From positions 117,926,001-117,990,000 of the forward strand of contig CM059432.1 in the NCBI GenBank assembly GCA_030390025.1: DNA of 64,000 bases. The letters are read 5' to 3'. Below, piece after piece: positions 62,910 to 64,000 of the stretch. How positions within the stretch are numbered: position 1 is the first letter of the stretch; every line of letters starts with the position of its first letter. The notes under the pieces are model-generated. The model saw only the letters and a list, made by a program, of their open reading frames with translations, searched no databases and was not told where the DNA came from. The stretch is from Squalus acanthias. Taxonomy: Eukaryota. The translations under genes were made by a program, and so were the position numbers.

Positions 62910-64000
62910 AGACCGCGAAATTCGATCTTGTAGCGCCGGCCATTAAAGCTGGTTTTCTTGAAAAAATGGCGGCTGCCTCGCTTCCGCCCACTTCCGGCGC
63001 GGGACACAGTGGCCACCATCTTGGAGAGGCAGGCAGTGCTGCCGTTGCCTGCACTCGCCTCTCCAATGTAAATGCGCAGATCGTGAAGTCAATAGCTGTG
63101 CAGTGCCTGAATTGATGCACAACTGCAATTTTGGACATTGCCGCACACCATACCGCCCTCTCCTAAACGTACATGCAGCAGTTGTACAGAGACGCTGTTA
63201 GTGCTTCTTAAACGGACACACACATCTTTCAGGTAAGTTTCGATTTTGACTTTTGGAGTTTTTAAAAATATTTTATTGGAGTAGTGGCTTGGTGCAATAT
63301 GTTTAAAAAATAGTTAAAGTGTGCAGAGAGTGCAGGGAGTGCTGCTGGACACTTGCAAGGCTTTGGATGTTAAAGGAAGGTCACTGAGAAGAATACTTGC
63401 TCCCAGTCCTGGGGACTCTAGTTGCAGTCCCACTTGGGCTGCAACATCAGATGGAGATGAAGCAGAGGCACCAAAAAGGACAAGCTGCTCGTAGTGGGAA
63501 GAGGAGGAAGCAGAAGAGGAGGAAGTAGAAGAGGAAGAAGCAGAAAAGAAGGAAGTGGAAGGAAGGAGGCAACCCAGACAGCCTCTTTCTAGCTGGGATA
63601 TCCAGGATGGAATCATCCGCCTGCGGTACCAGTGAACACAACCCCAATTCCACTTTCAACATTAGTCCCACACCTTCCCTTCCCTCTGTTACTGACCCTC
63701 TTGGCCACAATGCTGAAATAAAAGCCACCACAAAGCAAACTTTCCAATCCAACTTTATACATCTAGCCATTCAATATGACATCAAGAAATCAACTAATCA
63801 TCTTTGTGCATTCTCTTAGTGACTGTGTTGTGTGTGCCTTTACCTATCCTACTGATGTCATGCAGTGCTGCCCCAGTGGCTGCTGCATGGCTGGTGGAAG
63901 GCTGCTGGCTTTCAGTGGGGGACATTGCAAATGGCCTTGCAGGATGACCTTGAGGAGCTGGTGGCTGTGAGTGTCAAATCGAGTGATGGTGTTTCTTCTT
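62910..64000. mobile_element. Harbinger-like element of the 9804/13655 family, running off the window end
   Basis: End GACCGCGAAATTCGA; 63430-64000 is the reverse-complement homologue of about 12965-13470 and matches 13705-13860. Confidence 0.7.

Overview
Repeat-dominated vertebrate genomic DNA. The repeat mix (CR1, L2, Deu-type SINE, Penelope-like, Harbinger) suggests a cartilaginous fish; this is an inference. No host gene is identified with confidence. The centrepiece is a full-length 12.8-kb endogenous retrovirus-like provirus (35413-48177, +). It has ~1.68-kb TG...CA LTRs, a 4-bp TSD (GCCA), an 18-nt tRNA-Arg-type PBS, gag with a PPxY motif and one CCHC knuckle, and a gag-pol junction with an in-frame UGA-CUAG readthrough context. 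Pol reads PR-RT-degenerate RNase H-second RNase H-integrase. Env looks like a paramyxo/pneumovirus-type class I fusion protein rather than a retroviral SU/TM, and it carries an N-terminal Ig-like domain. This architecture fits a lokiretrovirus-like element. The provirus sits inside the pLTR of a Penelope-like element whose otherwise intact 892-codon ORF is split by a clean 5' inversion and whose pLTRs carry hammerhead-like motifs. That element in turn sits inside the 5' LTR of an old Mag-type Gypsy element. Two divergent solo LTRs of the same clan (19733-21411 +; 25958-29641 -) share a U5 hairpin with the provirus. The rest is nested CR1/L2 LINEs, SINEs, and Harbinger transposons/MITEs. Family assignments come from motif recognition by eye, not database searches.
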